Source: Podarcis erhardii
Lineage: Eukaryota
Assembly: GCA_964252035.1 (NCBI GenBank)
Contig: OZ176201.1
Strand: one strand, 5' to 3'
DNA: 64,000 nucleotides
Of the stretch, positions 37,024 through 49,030 are shown piece by piece. The notes under the pieces are model-generated. The model saw only the letters and a list, made by a program, of their open reading frames with translations. It had not been told where the DNA came from and ran no database searches. A program made the translations under genes and the position numbers. The first letter of the stretch is position 1. Each line of letters begins with the position of its first letter.

Positions 37024-37524
37024 TGTCAGCAACTGGGCAGAGGAGGAGTGGTGGAGACCGCCTGTGCAGCCTGACCCTTCCAGAGAAGAAGAAGACAGTT
37101 CAGAATTACAACAGGGGTTTGAGGGAGATCACAGCTCAGAGGCAGATGAGGAAGAAAGCTGGGAAATAATGGGAGAGGAGGAGGAAGAAGAAGAAGCACC
37201 AGGGGGTGACAGTTGACGGACACAGTGTCTTTAGAAAGCATTTCAGACCCACCCCTCTCCCAGAACCCGGCAAGCATTGAAAATAGGAGAGCAAAGAGCT
37301 CAAAGGCAGAGGGCATTTTTCAGCACACATAGCGATGACGCATGAGGAAGTGGGAGAGACGGAGGGGGTGGAGTCTCACTCAGGACAACGCCATTATTCC
37401 AAGAGGCTGCATTCCCAAGCCTCTCTCTGTAAATACTGAAGAAAAAGCAGTTGGTAAGGACTTTTCCTTGTCTTATCCGTCCCTGGCAACCTGCCGTAGG
37501 GGTTGGTTTCTCTGCCGCCTAACA
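37024..37524 (+). mobile_element. Solo LTR (501 bp) with a relic reading frame
   Basis: TGTCAG...CTAACA near-inverted ends; 5-bp TSD CTTGA/CTTCA; peptide-level homology to 61784-62297. Confidence 0.8.
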
Positions 37525-37631
37525 CTTCAGAGGGGTAAAGGGGAATTCACTTTTGTGCCGTAGTATCATATTGGTGACTCTTGTCAAGCAATACAAACTT
37601 TGTTACCACACATTTCTTTTCCTTATACACT

Positions 37632-37961
37632 GTAAAGGTAAAGGTAAAGGGACCCCTGGCCATTAGGTCCAGTCGTGGCCGACTCTGGGGTTGCAGCGCT
37701 CATCTCGCTTTATTGGCCAAGGGAGCCGGCATACAGTTTCCGGGTCATGTGGCCAGCATGACTAAGCCACTTCTAGTGAACCAGAGCAGCACACGGAAAC
37801 ACCGTTTACCTTCCCGCCAGAGCGGTACCTATTTATCTACTTGCACTTTGACATGCTTTCAAACTGGTAGGTGGGCAGGAGCAGGGACCGAGCAATGGGA
37901 ACTCACCCCGTCACAGGGATTCGAACCACTGACCTTCTGATTGGCAAGTCCTAGGCTCTGT
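37632..37961 (-). mobile_element. Sauria SINE (5'-clipped)
   Basis: (GTAAAG)n tail, GGGTCATGTGGCCAGCATGACTAA, AGCGGTACCTATTTATCTACTTGCAC and a GGATTCGAACC B-box; homologous to 50807-51196. Confidence 0.92.
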
Positions 37962-39085
37962 AGAATAATAGTCCCCCCCCCAAATCCTGTCTAGCAGTGT
38001 ACTTCAGCCACCCATGTCCCACCTTATACTTAGTTACCACTTAGTTATTTTAAGTTTTATACCAGTTATTTTTGTATCGGTTTTATACCAGTGAAAAGCT
38101 TTACGTTTTCTCGATGAATTTCATTTTGCTGCTGTCCACGCTGCTATCCATGTTAGTACCTGAACAACGAAACAAAAAGCCTCATCCCTTAAATAGTCTG
38201 CAGTCCCTTTTGGTTTTATAACATCATCAGCATTGAAAAGTGTATCGTCTGCTCCTTCACCCGCGCCATTAATGGAAGACGTGGAACATTCTAGATGTTG
38301 CACTGACCCCTGTACAGTGTAGCTGGTTAAGTCTTTCCGGTCCGGCAAATGCATGGATTGTTTATATCTATTACTCGTGGGCCTGCAATACCCGTCTTTA
38401 AACTTAAATAGCATTCCAATTATGAAGTGGAATCCGCGGGAAGGAAAATTGGAGCAACAAGAACAGCTGCAACAAACTAAGTCGTGGCATGTAATGAGAA
38501 ACAGATGATTTATTTCTGTTCAGTAAGAAACTACTTTCATTATAAGAAAACAGCAACAGACACCCTTCATTTGGATACCTTAGTAAATTTTCTCCCGTGA
38601 ATACTTCAGGCTTTATTAACCTTAAGGGCTTGTAATTGGAATGAATGGCATCAATTGTATGCAGTCATTTATATCTTCGGTGTGAGGGATATGGCAGCAT
38701 TGCACACAGTTGCACCAGGGATTCGATGTGTTACTGAAAACCAGGTAAACGGCAGAACAACAATAAAAGAAAATCAATAGCATATGGGGCAAGGGAACAT
38801 AATGTTTAATGCACAAAATGTGTAATGTCCCAGGAAGATCACCACTGAGATTGGGCTACCAAGTCAGTTACAGCTTCCAGAAATGCATTTGTACAACAGA
38901 CACAAACAGGTTGATTTTGGTATGCCATATGTGGGTCTAGTATTCAAAGAGGAAGAGAGCAAAATAAACAGAATAATAGATAATAATATTGCTTGGGCAA
39001 CAGGAACGATTGGTTGCCTAAATGGGAAGAACTGTACGAGTGTTCCAAGCTTGTTGCATGTCATTCTGTGCTCAAGAACATAATA

Positions 39086-39210
39086 GCAGCAATCCAGTCA
39101 TGGCTTAGCACTTTGAAGTCCCATTGATTGAAACAGGAGAATTTAATTGTGTGCTTAACTCTCCTGCAGAAATCAATGGGACTTGAAGATGCTTTGGCTG
39201 GATTGTACCC
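39086..39210. mobile_element. Palindromic squamate MITE
   Basis: GCAATCCAG...CTGGATTGT ends; internal AAGTCCCATTGATT/AATCAATGGGACTT inverted repeat. Confidence 0.7.
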
Positions 39211-40676
39211 AAAGTCTTTCAAGATGATCAGTTTCACTTCCTGATCAATCAGACTTTTAAAAGTCTATCACAAGGACAACAGTCTTGAGATGGCTTGTTC
39301 TTCTAACTAGATCAGGTTCTGCAGCCCTTTAAAAATTGAGCTAAAGCATGTCTATGACAGCAAACTGAACAAGAAGCCTGTCTCTTTTTTTCCCCCACGC
39401 AAAAATTCTGCTACCCATCCGTAGTCCTTTGAGATAGCATGGACTGTAAATCTAAATAAATGTTAAAGCAGTGAAGGAAAACATCTGTAAAAAAGATTGA
39501 AAGGCTTTTGTAGAAGCCCCTGAGGTCTGACTGCATCTCACAGTTGATATATAAAAGTTTTCACTGGGTGCATTTGCTAAAAAGGCTTTGAGAAAAATGT
39601 TTTCAAGGATGGAAAAGGCCTGGTGTCGGATGCTCGAAAGAGTTGGGCTTCTATTTATTTTGTGATGCAGAAGCCACTGTAGGCAGGGTGCATTAAAAAA
39701 TAAAATAAAATCGTGTTTGCGTCATGAGGACTGAAGCAGTTTCGTTACCAGCACGAAACAATCATACCCCAGTCATGGTTACTTGGAACTTAATGTGTTT
39801 CAGAAGGATGAGGCCTGATTCTGTGGGTCTGCTTCAGTTGCCGTGACTGGAAGCAGTATTTTGATGGCTTCCCCTTCCTAGCTATAGGCATGGATGGAAG
39901 GGAAATGAGAGCTGCTTAGTCCATTCCTTGAAGACAAGAAGCAACCAGACCTGAATTGTTGACCTTATATCACAGGAGAATGTATTTCGATGTGTTTTTG
40001 TTGAGGTGAATGAAACAGTGTTGTTGCATGTTCTCATAGTGCCCATTACGCCTTGTTCTGTGTACTTGGAAAAAAAATTATGAAAACCATGAAGAAATAG
40101 AATGGGAATTTGGATTGTTACATTTAGATAAGATCATGTATCATGTATTGTTAGCCATTATTTTCCCCAAAGATGAATGAGCAGAAAAAACTTCGCCGTA
40201 CATACAAACACTTAAATAATTTAGCAGCCATAAAGGAGGCAATTGATACATTAAAATACATAAGAGCTAACCCATTTTTAATGCTTCAGTGAAGTAATCT
40301 GAAATAAAGATGTACAGAAGAAGAGAGCGCATAAGCCTGCTGTTTACATTATGTGGATTATACATAAGGTCATAAAGAAACTGACAGGCGTTTTATGGCT
40401 TTATTGCTTTGTTGTGTAGATCATCGGGAATGTATAAGTGTAATTTCAATGGAGACAGAGGCTTTTGCTTGCACTTTTAAGATGGTTATTATTGAGAATC
40501 AATATGCCACAGTTCCAATGAGGGGTGTTTTGTTTTTTTAATACTTGAAAAAGAAAAGAGCAAAGCAAGGAATAAAGAAGAAAGTAGGGGCAAAGCAAGC
40601 AACTCTGCCTCTTTGGCCTGGTGTGGACATACTCCTCAGCAAGGTGGGTTGCAGGATGAAGAGAAACTTCTCCAGT

Positions 40677-40977
40677 TTTGTTGTTGTTGTTGTTTAGTCG
40701 TTTAGTCGTGTCCGACTCTTCGTGACCCCATGGACCACAGCACACCAGGCACTCCTGTCTTCCATTGCCTACTGCAGTTTGGTCAAACTCATGCTGGTAG
40801 CTTCGAGAACACTGTCCAACCATCTTGTCCTCTGTCATCCCCTTCTCCTTGTGCCCTCCATCTTTCCCAACATCAGGGTCTTTTCCAGGGAGTCTTCTCT
40901 TCTCATGAGGTGGCCAAAGTATTGGAGCCTCAGCTTCATGATCTGTCCTTCCAGTGAGCACTCAGGGCTGATTTCCA
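40677..40977 (-). mobile_element. Bov-B (RTE) LINE 3' end
   Basis: Minus peptide EISPECSLEGQIMKLRLQYFGHLMRREDSLEKTLMLGKMEGTRRRG*QRTRWLDSV...VHGVTKSRTRLND* with a (CAA)n tail. Confidence 0.95.
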
Positions 40978-43900
40978 GTTTTAACAACCATCAAATGTTA
41001 GGTGAGTACAGGTGTTTTTTTTGCCCCAGTGGGAACTTGCCAGAACTCAACCCCTCTCAGGTGGGCGCCATTGCCATTCTAAGAAAACGAGGGAAGTGTT
41101 CATGATGAGTTCTTTCACCTCTTTTTCTCCCCCCCCCCAAAAAAGAGGTACTGGGTGAGTACCATGTTTAAAGCTAACTAGGGTTCCTGATGGGAGCCAG
41201 GATCCACCAGTTCTGCCTCCCATCCACATCTTCTATTGATCTTGAGGATCCCTAGACTCTCATGAGTTGTCTTTTTTTTGGGGGGGGGAGTGATGCAGAC
41301 TGAAGCACAGATTGTGGAAATTGGGGGGGGGGGCTTCTACATGAGTGGAACTCCACTAGCATTTTTCTGGATCCAGCCCATTGACTTTAGCACAATGCTT
41401 AATTGCGGTTCACAGTGAAGCCTAGAATTTGCTCCCAAGAAGAAAAGGACAAGAGGAAGAGGAAATGTCCCAGTGTCACAAACCTAGTCCGTGTGACAAC
41501 ACCTAGCTGTTAGGGGGTTTCATTTTATTTTTGTTGGGCATTACCAAAAATAAACACATGAAATGAAATGAAACTTCTCTGCTCTCAGGTGTACTGCACC
41601 AACAAACCATAAGGATTGCCTTTAAATTTTCAGAATTGCTCATTCTACTTAGCGAGAGTAGCTGTTGAACGCAGGTCCTGTTTGTGGGCTGCTTGTGGGT
41701 TAGCCACTGTAAGAACAGGATGTTGGACCAGGTGAGTCATTGGTCTGATCCAGCAGGGCTCTTATGTTCTAATGCTGCCACATCCTATTTTTACATCCTG
41801 GTGTCTTGTCAGACTCTTCCAGTGTACAGTTTTACAAGAATAGCAATTCATCATTGTTGTCTTATACGTCTGTGACTTAAAATGTTGCCTTCCGTGTTCC
41901 ATTTCCTATGCTCTCAAGCCGCATTCATCGAGCACAGTGGGACATAAAACTCGCTGATTCTATATTGGTCTACCGCTGCAAAGCAATACAGTAGCACCTA
42001 GTGCACCTAGTGCAACTTTAGCATCTAATAATTGTCAGTCACTAGTAAGGTCACAATGCCAATTGCTCAATATACCATAATTGCTAACTTGTTCAAGACT
42101 ATACACAACAGGTTACAATGCAAGTTGTCCTTTGCTTAGGCAACTGATGCCTCATAGTGTCAGTCCATTTTTGCTAAGCTCCAAATCAAGCCTTGAAGTG
42201 AGATTGAATCTCTGCCCTGCAGCCTGCCTCTGGCATTATCACTCCTCTGTCCTCTGCATTTCCTACAATATGAATTCACTCGCTCATGGACCATAATGCT
42301 TCTGATTTCACCAGCCGATCTATTTTTATGCTACGTACACTATTTCTCGCTGCAAAGCTTGAACAGCAGACCTTAAAGAGCAGAGAAAAGACATAGGAAT
42401 TTATTATTAATCTCTGTGCAATTAGTACGATTTATGTGGGTGTTTGTTTTACAGGTCTACGGGCATATCACACCGATGTACAATACGCCATGGCTTCTAC
42501 AACCTCATTTAATTAATAAATAAATTGACACCGTTATTCTCTGCACCTTCTTTGGCTAAATGATTGCCTCTGACTCTGCACTGCCTGTGACATGTTCTAT
42601 TTGCTTATCGCAGAAGACTTTAGATTTTGCATTAGCCTCGTGGGAAATTCACGAATGCCTTTCTTTTCGCTCCATTGAAAACAAATGTAGAATTTTACTA
42701 AGCTTTCAAAGAACTGTATGCAGCCCATCTGGGGAAATGGGTTGCGCTATCAATAGCTCAGGCAGGTTTTCACTCTTCCCCTCACTCTTAGGTGTCCTTG
42801 ATTTTAATCCTTGGGGGCTGCGAGCATCCCTTTTCAACTTGAATTAAACAGCTGCCATAGTTGCAGAACGAAGACTTGCAATGTGCTTCTTAATGGTACT
42901 GCCATTCAGGTTTTTTTTTTTTTTTTAAAGTAATTTTAGGGTTGTGTTGATTTGGAGGACAAAACCGTGGTGTGATGTTAGATTTCAGGTCTTGAATACT
43001 GTTGAGCAGCCCATAGACCAGTTTAGTTGAGCAACAGCTTGGCTTTATTCTCCCCTCTCTCCAATATTTGCCCTGATATGCTAAAGTTCCAACAGAGGAG
43101 CTAAACAGCATGGCCCTACATTCCATGGAGTCCTCTGCCGCACCAAAAGATGCCATTTGCATTCAAAGCATTGTGTGTGTGTGTATCTTCAAGAGTTTTC
43201 TAACAAGAATGATCGTTCTAACAAAAGAACCAGAACAGACAGTAGTTCGAGATGCTTGAGGCATCTGTTCGCGATGTTTCCTCTGCACTAAAAGAATCGG
43301 TGGGTCTTTTACATTTCAGATCTAAGGAGACTAAATGCCTAGGTGAAGTTTTGGCATTTATGAACACTCACATCCTACAGCATCAAGGTGTGGGTATAGT
43401 GCAGTTCAATGGAGAGACTTGAAAGCCATTTGCTTGCATTTCCCAGCACATCAATTGCAAATCAGGACTGAAAGATTTGAAGTCGGAGGAAAAATTCTTC
43501 CAGAATAAGAGTTCATCCTCCTGGCAATAAATTATAAAAACCACGATGTGAGAGAGTGTTTTCTTTTTGTTTCAACTGGCAATGTCAGAGACCATTTCAG
43601 GATTTCCTCCCCTAATATATCTATCCTAGTATTCTTTCTGAACTCCCCCACTCCCCCTGCTTACAACCCTCTATACTTCTGCAAACCATGTCCCTTTGGG
43701 TATGGCAGAAAGACTTCAATTGATTTTATTAGAAAGGATTAAAATTTCCACCCTTTTCATTCAACCTTGTATGCAAAACAAAACACAAATTGGGTGTCAT
43801 GTTTTATCCTGTAGAGTCAAACGTTCATACGTTTAAAAATTGAATAGATGCAGAGATTAGACTGTTGTAGAGGCATTCCTTTTAGACTGGCATTTGATGT

Positions 43901-44294
43901 AATTTTTTAAAAAAGGAATCTTAGAATCTGCTGAGTCCCCCATCCCCTTGACTGAGCATCTTTGATCTTGTGAGCATTCTAGTTGCACAGGGGGAAGCTT
44001 TCAGTAGTGCAATGTTGCCAAAAAGCACACTGAAGAAAAGGATAATAGAATAATGGAATTGTAAAGTTGGAAGGGACCCCAAGAGTCATCTAGTCCAACT
44101 CTCTGCAATGTAGGAGTCTCTGCAATGCAGTGCTAAGCGAAGAACAAATCTTGGTTGCAGCTCATTGTTTGGAATGAGACAAACCAAGAGCTCAAGATTT
44201 GTCATAAACGCTAATCCAAACCATGGGTTAGTTCTGGGTAGCACTGAGGCAGCAGGAGTGGAGAGCAGCAAAGTGGCTGTGATTTTTCCTCCAA

Positions 44295-44329
44295 GCGCGC
44301 GCGCGCGCGCACACACACACACACACACA
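44295..44329. repeat. (GC)8(AC)n alternating purine-pyrimidine tract
   Basis: Direct reading. Confidence 0.95.
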
Positions 44330-46150
44330 GCCATGTTTTGGCTTAGCATCACGGGCTGACCAGGCCAGTGAAGGCTGGGAAGCTGAGTGGGAGGAGAAGC
44401 AAGGACAAAATGGAGATACGTGTGATGCACCCAGCTGTAACACTCCCTTGGAGAGGAAAACTTTAGAGCAAAAAGGCCAGTTACATAAAGAACGCCAGCC
44501 CAACCTAGATAAGTCAAAGACAGGACACTCCAGTAGCCCCTTGGTTGATCTTGAAATTCACCATCCATTACCCTGGCTGGAACCTGATCAGCCATCGCCA
44601 AGTGACGCTCCTCCCAAGGGAAATGCGAAAGACAGACAAACAGAGACAGATTTAATTGTCTTCGACGAAGACCCCCCAATTGCTTTAGCAAATGTCAGCG
44701 GGGTCCATGGATTAATCGAGCCCCCCGGAGTAGCGAAGGAAATACATCAGGGGCTTCAAGTGATAATCAACCTTCTGATATGCACTTAGCTTGACTTTAT
44801 GCCACAGCTGGGAACCTGGTGCAGAATTCCTCTCTGCAGTTGTTATCATGGAATGTGGCAGGGTGGTTTTCTAAGCTATGTCTCCCTGATTTCACAAAGT
44901 TAATATAGTCTGTTTACATGAAACCTGGTCATCACGTCACATTGAATTTCCAGGTTTTAATGCCTTTTCTGTTCCAGCAACCAAAAGCCACAAGAAAGGT
45001 AGGCCCTCGGGTTGATTGTTAACCCTAGTGGCTCCCCGTATAAAAAGTGAACATATCCTGTCAACAAAAGGGAGCTATAGATCAGAGGCAGAGTTAAGGG
45101 GACTGAAGGTGCAGAGACCAAGAACGAGGTAGTGAACCATTGAGCTCTTAGGCAATGGGCGAGAAGAGAACATTGGAGGATGTGGGAATGTTGTCTGGCA
45201 GAATGCCAAGGGGTAGAGTGAGGCCACCAAGAAAAATAAAATAAAATAAAATGCAGTTGGGAGGATCAGTTTCACATACTGATTTGAATTCACTAGCCTC
45301 ATCTTTGGCTGTGTGCACCTAGCACTCATTCATTTCAGAGGCATTAATATTAGTGTACATTCATTTGTGCCCTGATCATTCAACGGGGCATGGTAATAAT
45401 TGCAAAATGAAAGAGAATTAATTGCTCAACTCATTGGACAAGGATTTGGAAAACCTGGGTTAAAAACTTGGCTTTTAGATATCTGTACTGGGTGGCTTAA
45501 TGCTGCTTTGCATGCTAACTGTTAATATTCAGTGTTGTATGACGTGCGCAGGATTATCAGAATGCTAAGTGATTGAATCAGCACCAAGTATGACTCTCAC
45601 AAATCTGCGTGCCGCTGTAATAGATGAGGTCATAAATGTTTAAGAGAGCTCTTGGTGTATTCCTAATTCCCCTACATGTGCTCATCCCATTTTGTTCTGA
45701 TGAATCCATTATTTTCTAAATGGACGGGCTTGGCTGGTGATGATTCACTATAACATCCTTTGTTATTTTCCTACTATCTTAAATACTAACTTAAATGACA
45801 TAATGTCTCCACTGTAAGGATGCTACAGAAAACCAGCAGCTCCAATATCTGACATGGGCATTGTAGCTATTCTGGTTTGGACATCCTGAGTCCACTTTCC
45901 ATTTGATTCTCTCCAGCTGACTTTCCACTGTGGTCCACAAAAGCTTAGTGGATTGAGTAAAGTGCTGTAGAGGATTGTTCCGCATGTAGAGTTGGCCAAC
46001 ATTTCTTTGCCACTCAAGGTCTGCATTAAGATGATAATAGCTGCCTGACTGAAATTCAGAAGTCTCTTGTTAATCATAGTTTTGCATTCTTTCTGAACTG
46101 GAAAACTATGGTTATTGGCTTCAGAACAAACAGTGATCTTAAACTGGGTA

Positions 46151-46402
46151 AAGTGGTACCTTGGTTTACGAACTTAATCTGTTCTGGAAGTCCATTCTTA
46201 AACCAAAGCATTCTTAAACCAAGGCCTGCTTTTCCATAGCAGCGGGGGACTCAATTTACAAATGGAACACACTCAACAGGAAGCGAAACATGTTCTTATT
46301 CCAAGGCAAAGTTCACAAACCAAAACACTTTCTTCCAGGTTTGCAGCGTTCTTAATCCAAGTTGTTCATAAACCAAGCTGTTCTTAAACCAAGGTACCAC
46401 TG
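46151..46402. mobile_element. Tc1/mariner MITE, family C
   Basis: TA-AAGTGGTACCTTGGTTTA...TAAACCAAGGTACCACTG-TA; internal sequence differs from families A and B. Confidence 0.85.
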
Positions 46403-47317
46403 TAGTTTGAAGGGCAACTTCAAACTGGGGGTGAAGATCTTTGCTTGGTCCAGAGCTGCTAACTATAGTTTATCAAGCATAAGCCCCACTTCTGCAACAG
46501 ATACAGGAACTGTCTTAGGAATCTGTGTTTAGGGACCCCAGTCTTGTTTAGGCAGTGATAGCATGCAGGACTTTTAGTGGAATTACAGCTCTGCTGTTGA
46601 TTCTCAGTGGTGAAATAGACACAGACTGACCTCACTCTTTTCAGCTGAGCTCAAACAATAATACTAATGCAGTTAAGTTGAAACTGAGTGCAGATGTTGA
46701 CGTTCTTGATGTATGACAGTTGCTTCAGAGGTAATCCTCTGTGTTTGTGCATTTCTTACAGAGGATGAGACTTACATGGACTTAGAGAAACAATGGTGAT
46801 TATTTAGTGGATCCATCATGATAAAATATCTCTTTCTGGGAATGTGTGTTCCACTAGATTAGTGTTATTGATCATTTACTCCTCAAGTAGTCTACAGATG
46901 ATTTTGGAAATCTGAAACTATTCTTCTCTCTTGTCTAGTGTAATTACCACTACAAAGTATAATCTAATTAGAAGACAAGGATGCATTCTAATTGTTCTAA
47001 TAAATTATGCTAAAGCTTTATGCTGTTAGGTTTTAGTAAGAGATCAGTTAGCAGCGTGATATCTTGTCTCTCTATTGCTGGCAAAACACTGTCAATTCCT
47101 TCAGCCCAAGGAAACACACCAGAAATGTAAGTATCTTATGGAATAAATATAGTTGGAAGAATGCTCTGTGTTTATTTTGTCTTTGATTCTATGACTCTCT
47201 CAAAATTTTATTGTTGCTGTTGGGTGCCAGTTTGTGATGTTGCTGTGATTGCATTAATGCAGAAAGATTAATTTTTTTAAAGCAGCCTATGAGGCTCCCC
47301 CCACCCCTGTTGAATCT

Positions 47318-48124
47318 ACCTAATTTTTCTGTGTATCAGACAAGGTTAAAAATTATGTAAAAAATTGGGGGTCATCTTATACACGGAGGGTGCAGAGGGT
47401 GGACTGGCGATTGGTTGCTGATGAGCACAGGAGATTGTCAGTGATTGCTGGCTGCGTCAAGGGCTGCTGTTGGTAGGCTGGCGCTGCGGCAATTGGGCGG
47501 GCGATTGGTGGCTGCTGGCAGTGAGTGGGCAGTCGATTGGTGACTTTTGTCAGTATTTTCATCCCTCCCATTGCAAGGATCACCTGATCATGTTGTTTTA
47601 CTTTCAGTCTGTGAGAAAGGAGGGGGCGGAAGCTACACTTCGAGACTTCTGTCTCTAGTACTGCAGGACTTTTTCTTTGATCTGTCTAGAGACAGGATGG
47701 CTGTATGAGAGCTGTTTCTTTTGTACATGTTTGTTATGTTCTTTTATTTGTTTAATTAGGAGAAATAAATTAGGTATGCTACAAAACCTCCACTGCGTTT
47801 GGGTGCTCACGTGAGCAGATGTGAGTCCACAGCACCAGGACCTATTCCTCGGGAATGTTGTTTTGCTGTTCCTGCGTTCCTGTGTTTGGAAATTTGGTGA
47901 AGGTGCTCCCGTTGCCCAGCCCATGCAGGCACTGAAGACGTAAGCTGAACATGGGTGCACAAGCTATTGTTAGCATTGGTCTGGTGGGTGAGTGATTTTA
48001 GGCAACCCCCCCCAAAAAAGCTCAACAACTCTTGGCAATCTCCCCGCATTTTCTTAATTTGGAGTCCCCAAAAATAGGGTGCGTCTTATACATGGGGGGG
48101 TGTTATACACGAAAAAATGCAGTA
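47318..48124. mobile_element. Decayed Tigger/pogo-like non-autonomous element
   Basis: Ends TTTTTCTGTGTATCAGAC and TTATACACGAAAAAATGCAGTA resemble the TIRs of 36178-36436; TCTTATACA subterminal repeats. Confidence 0.6.
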
Positions 48125-48586
48125 TTTTTGCCCTGCGGAAATCAGTATATGGCAATTGGGACTGGTGTTGGATAGAGGGAAAGGTTGTGTCTTCTGCATT
48201 TGAAAATAACAGCAAAGCTAAAGTAATGCAGGGTTGTTTTTTCTTTTGTAGAAGATTTTGGGGCAATCATGTTCTCAAAATATAACAAAGGCAAAAGTTG
48301 GTCATTAACTTGATGCACCTTATTAAGGCTTTTGACATTTTTTGTGAATAGCTCATCTACCCCCAATGGTAAGCTGCTGCTTCAAATCTGATGTTCGGCA
48401 AGGAGTTTAAGAACAGGGAAGGGTTCTGCTCCATTGGGGCTCTTCATATGAGGCTCATGGAGGTTTAGTCTCATAATGGTAAACCATAGTCTGAATGCAG
48501 CCACTGAGCAATGGTGTGAGCACATGCTTCACTGTGGCACAGGACTTTTGGAGAAAAGCTAGATCATCTTGGATGAAAGAAAGGAC

Positions 48587-49030
48587 CAGTGCTCCCCCCC
48601 CCCAAAAAAATGTTTATGGGTACTCTCATTTTGACTCAAGGAAATCACCATTTTATAGTTCAAATCGGGGGAAATAAATACAGTAAATGGGCAAAAGTAC
48701 AAAGAACATGCTTCCATCTGAGATTCAGGAAACACCGGGAAAGGAAATGAAGCCACCATTGGAGGTGGTAACAACAAAACTGACCAACCACCATGCTAGA
48801 GTCCAACTCCTACTTCACATATTAATCACTCGCTTCTGTCTGAGACTCTGGGAACACCGTGACAGGAAATGAGGCCGCCATTGGGGGTAGCAATGGAACT
48901 GACGATTCACTGAGCTTGAGAAGAAACTATTTATTTATTTTTACATTTTTTTAGTTTCTTCTCCTGTTAGATTCACAAAATGTTTAGGGGTATGCATACC
49001 CCTGCGTCCCCCCAGGGAAAAAAAGCACTG
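48587..49030. mobile_element. Probable MITE (CAGTGC...GCACTG ends)
   Basis: Short inverted ends, GGGGTATGCATACCCC subterminal palindrome; TSD not evident. Confidence 0.5.

Noticed and set aside
40446-40961. 171-aa minus ORF
   Set aside because: Shifted frame of the Bov-B 3' end running through the (CAA)n tail into unique DNA.
41405-41435. TTCACAGTG seed resembling miR-27/miR-128
   Set aside because: The rest of the mature sequence does not match and no precursor hairpin is evident.
44086-44691. Longest ORF in the track (201 aa, minus)
   Set aside because: Runs through the (GC)(AC) microsatellite (VCVCARARA) and ends in a CR1-type tail; TTG start and no domain similarity, so a chance frame.
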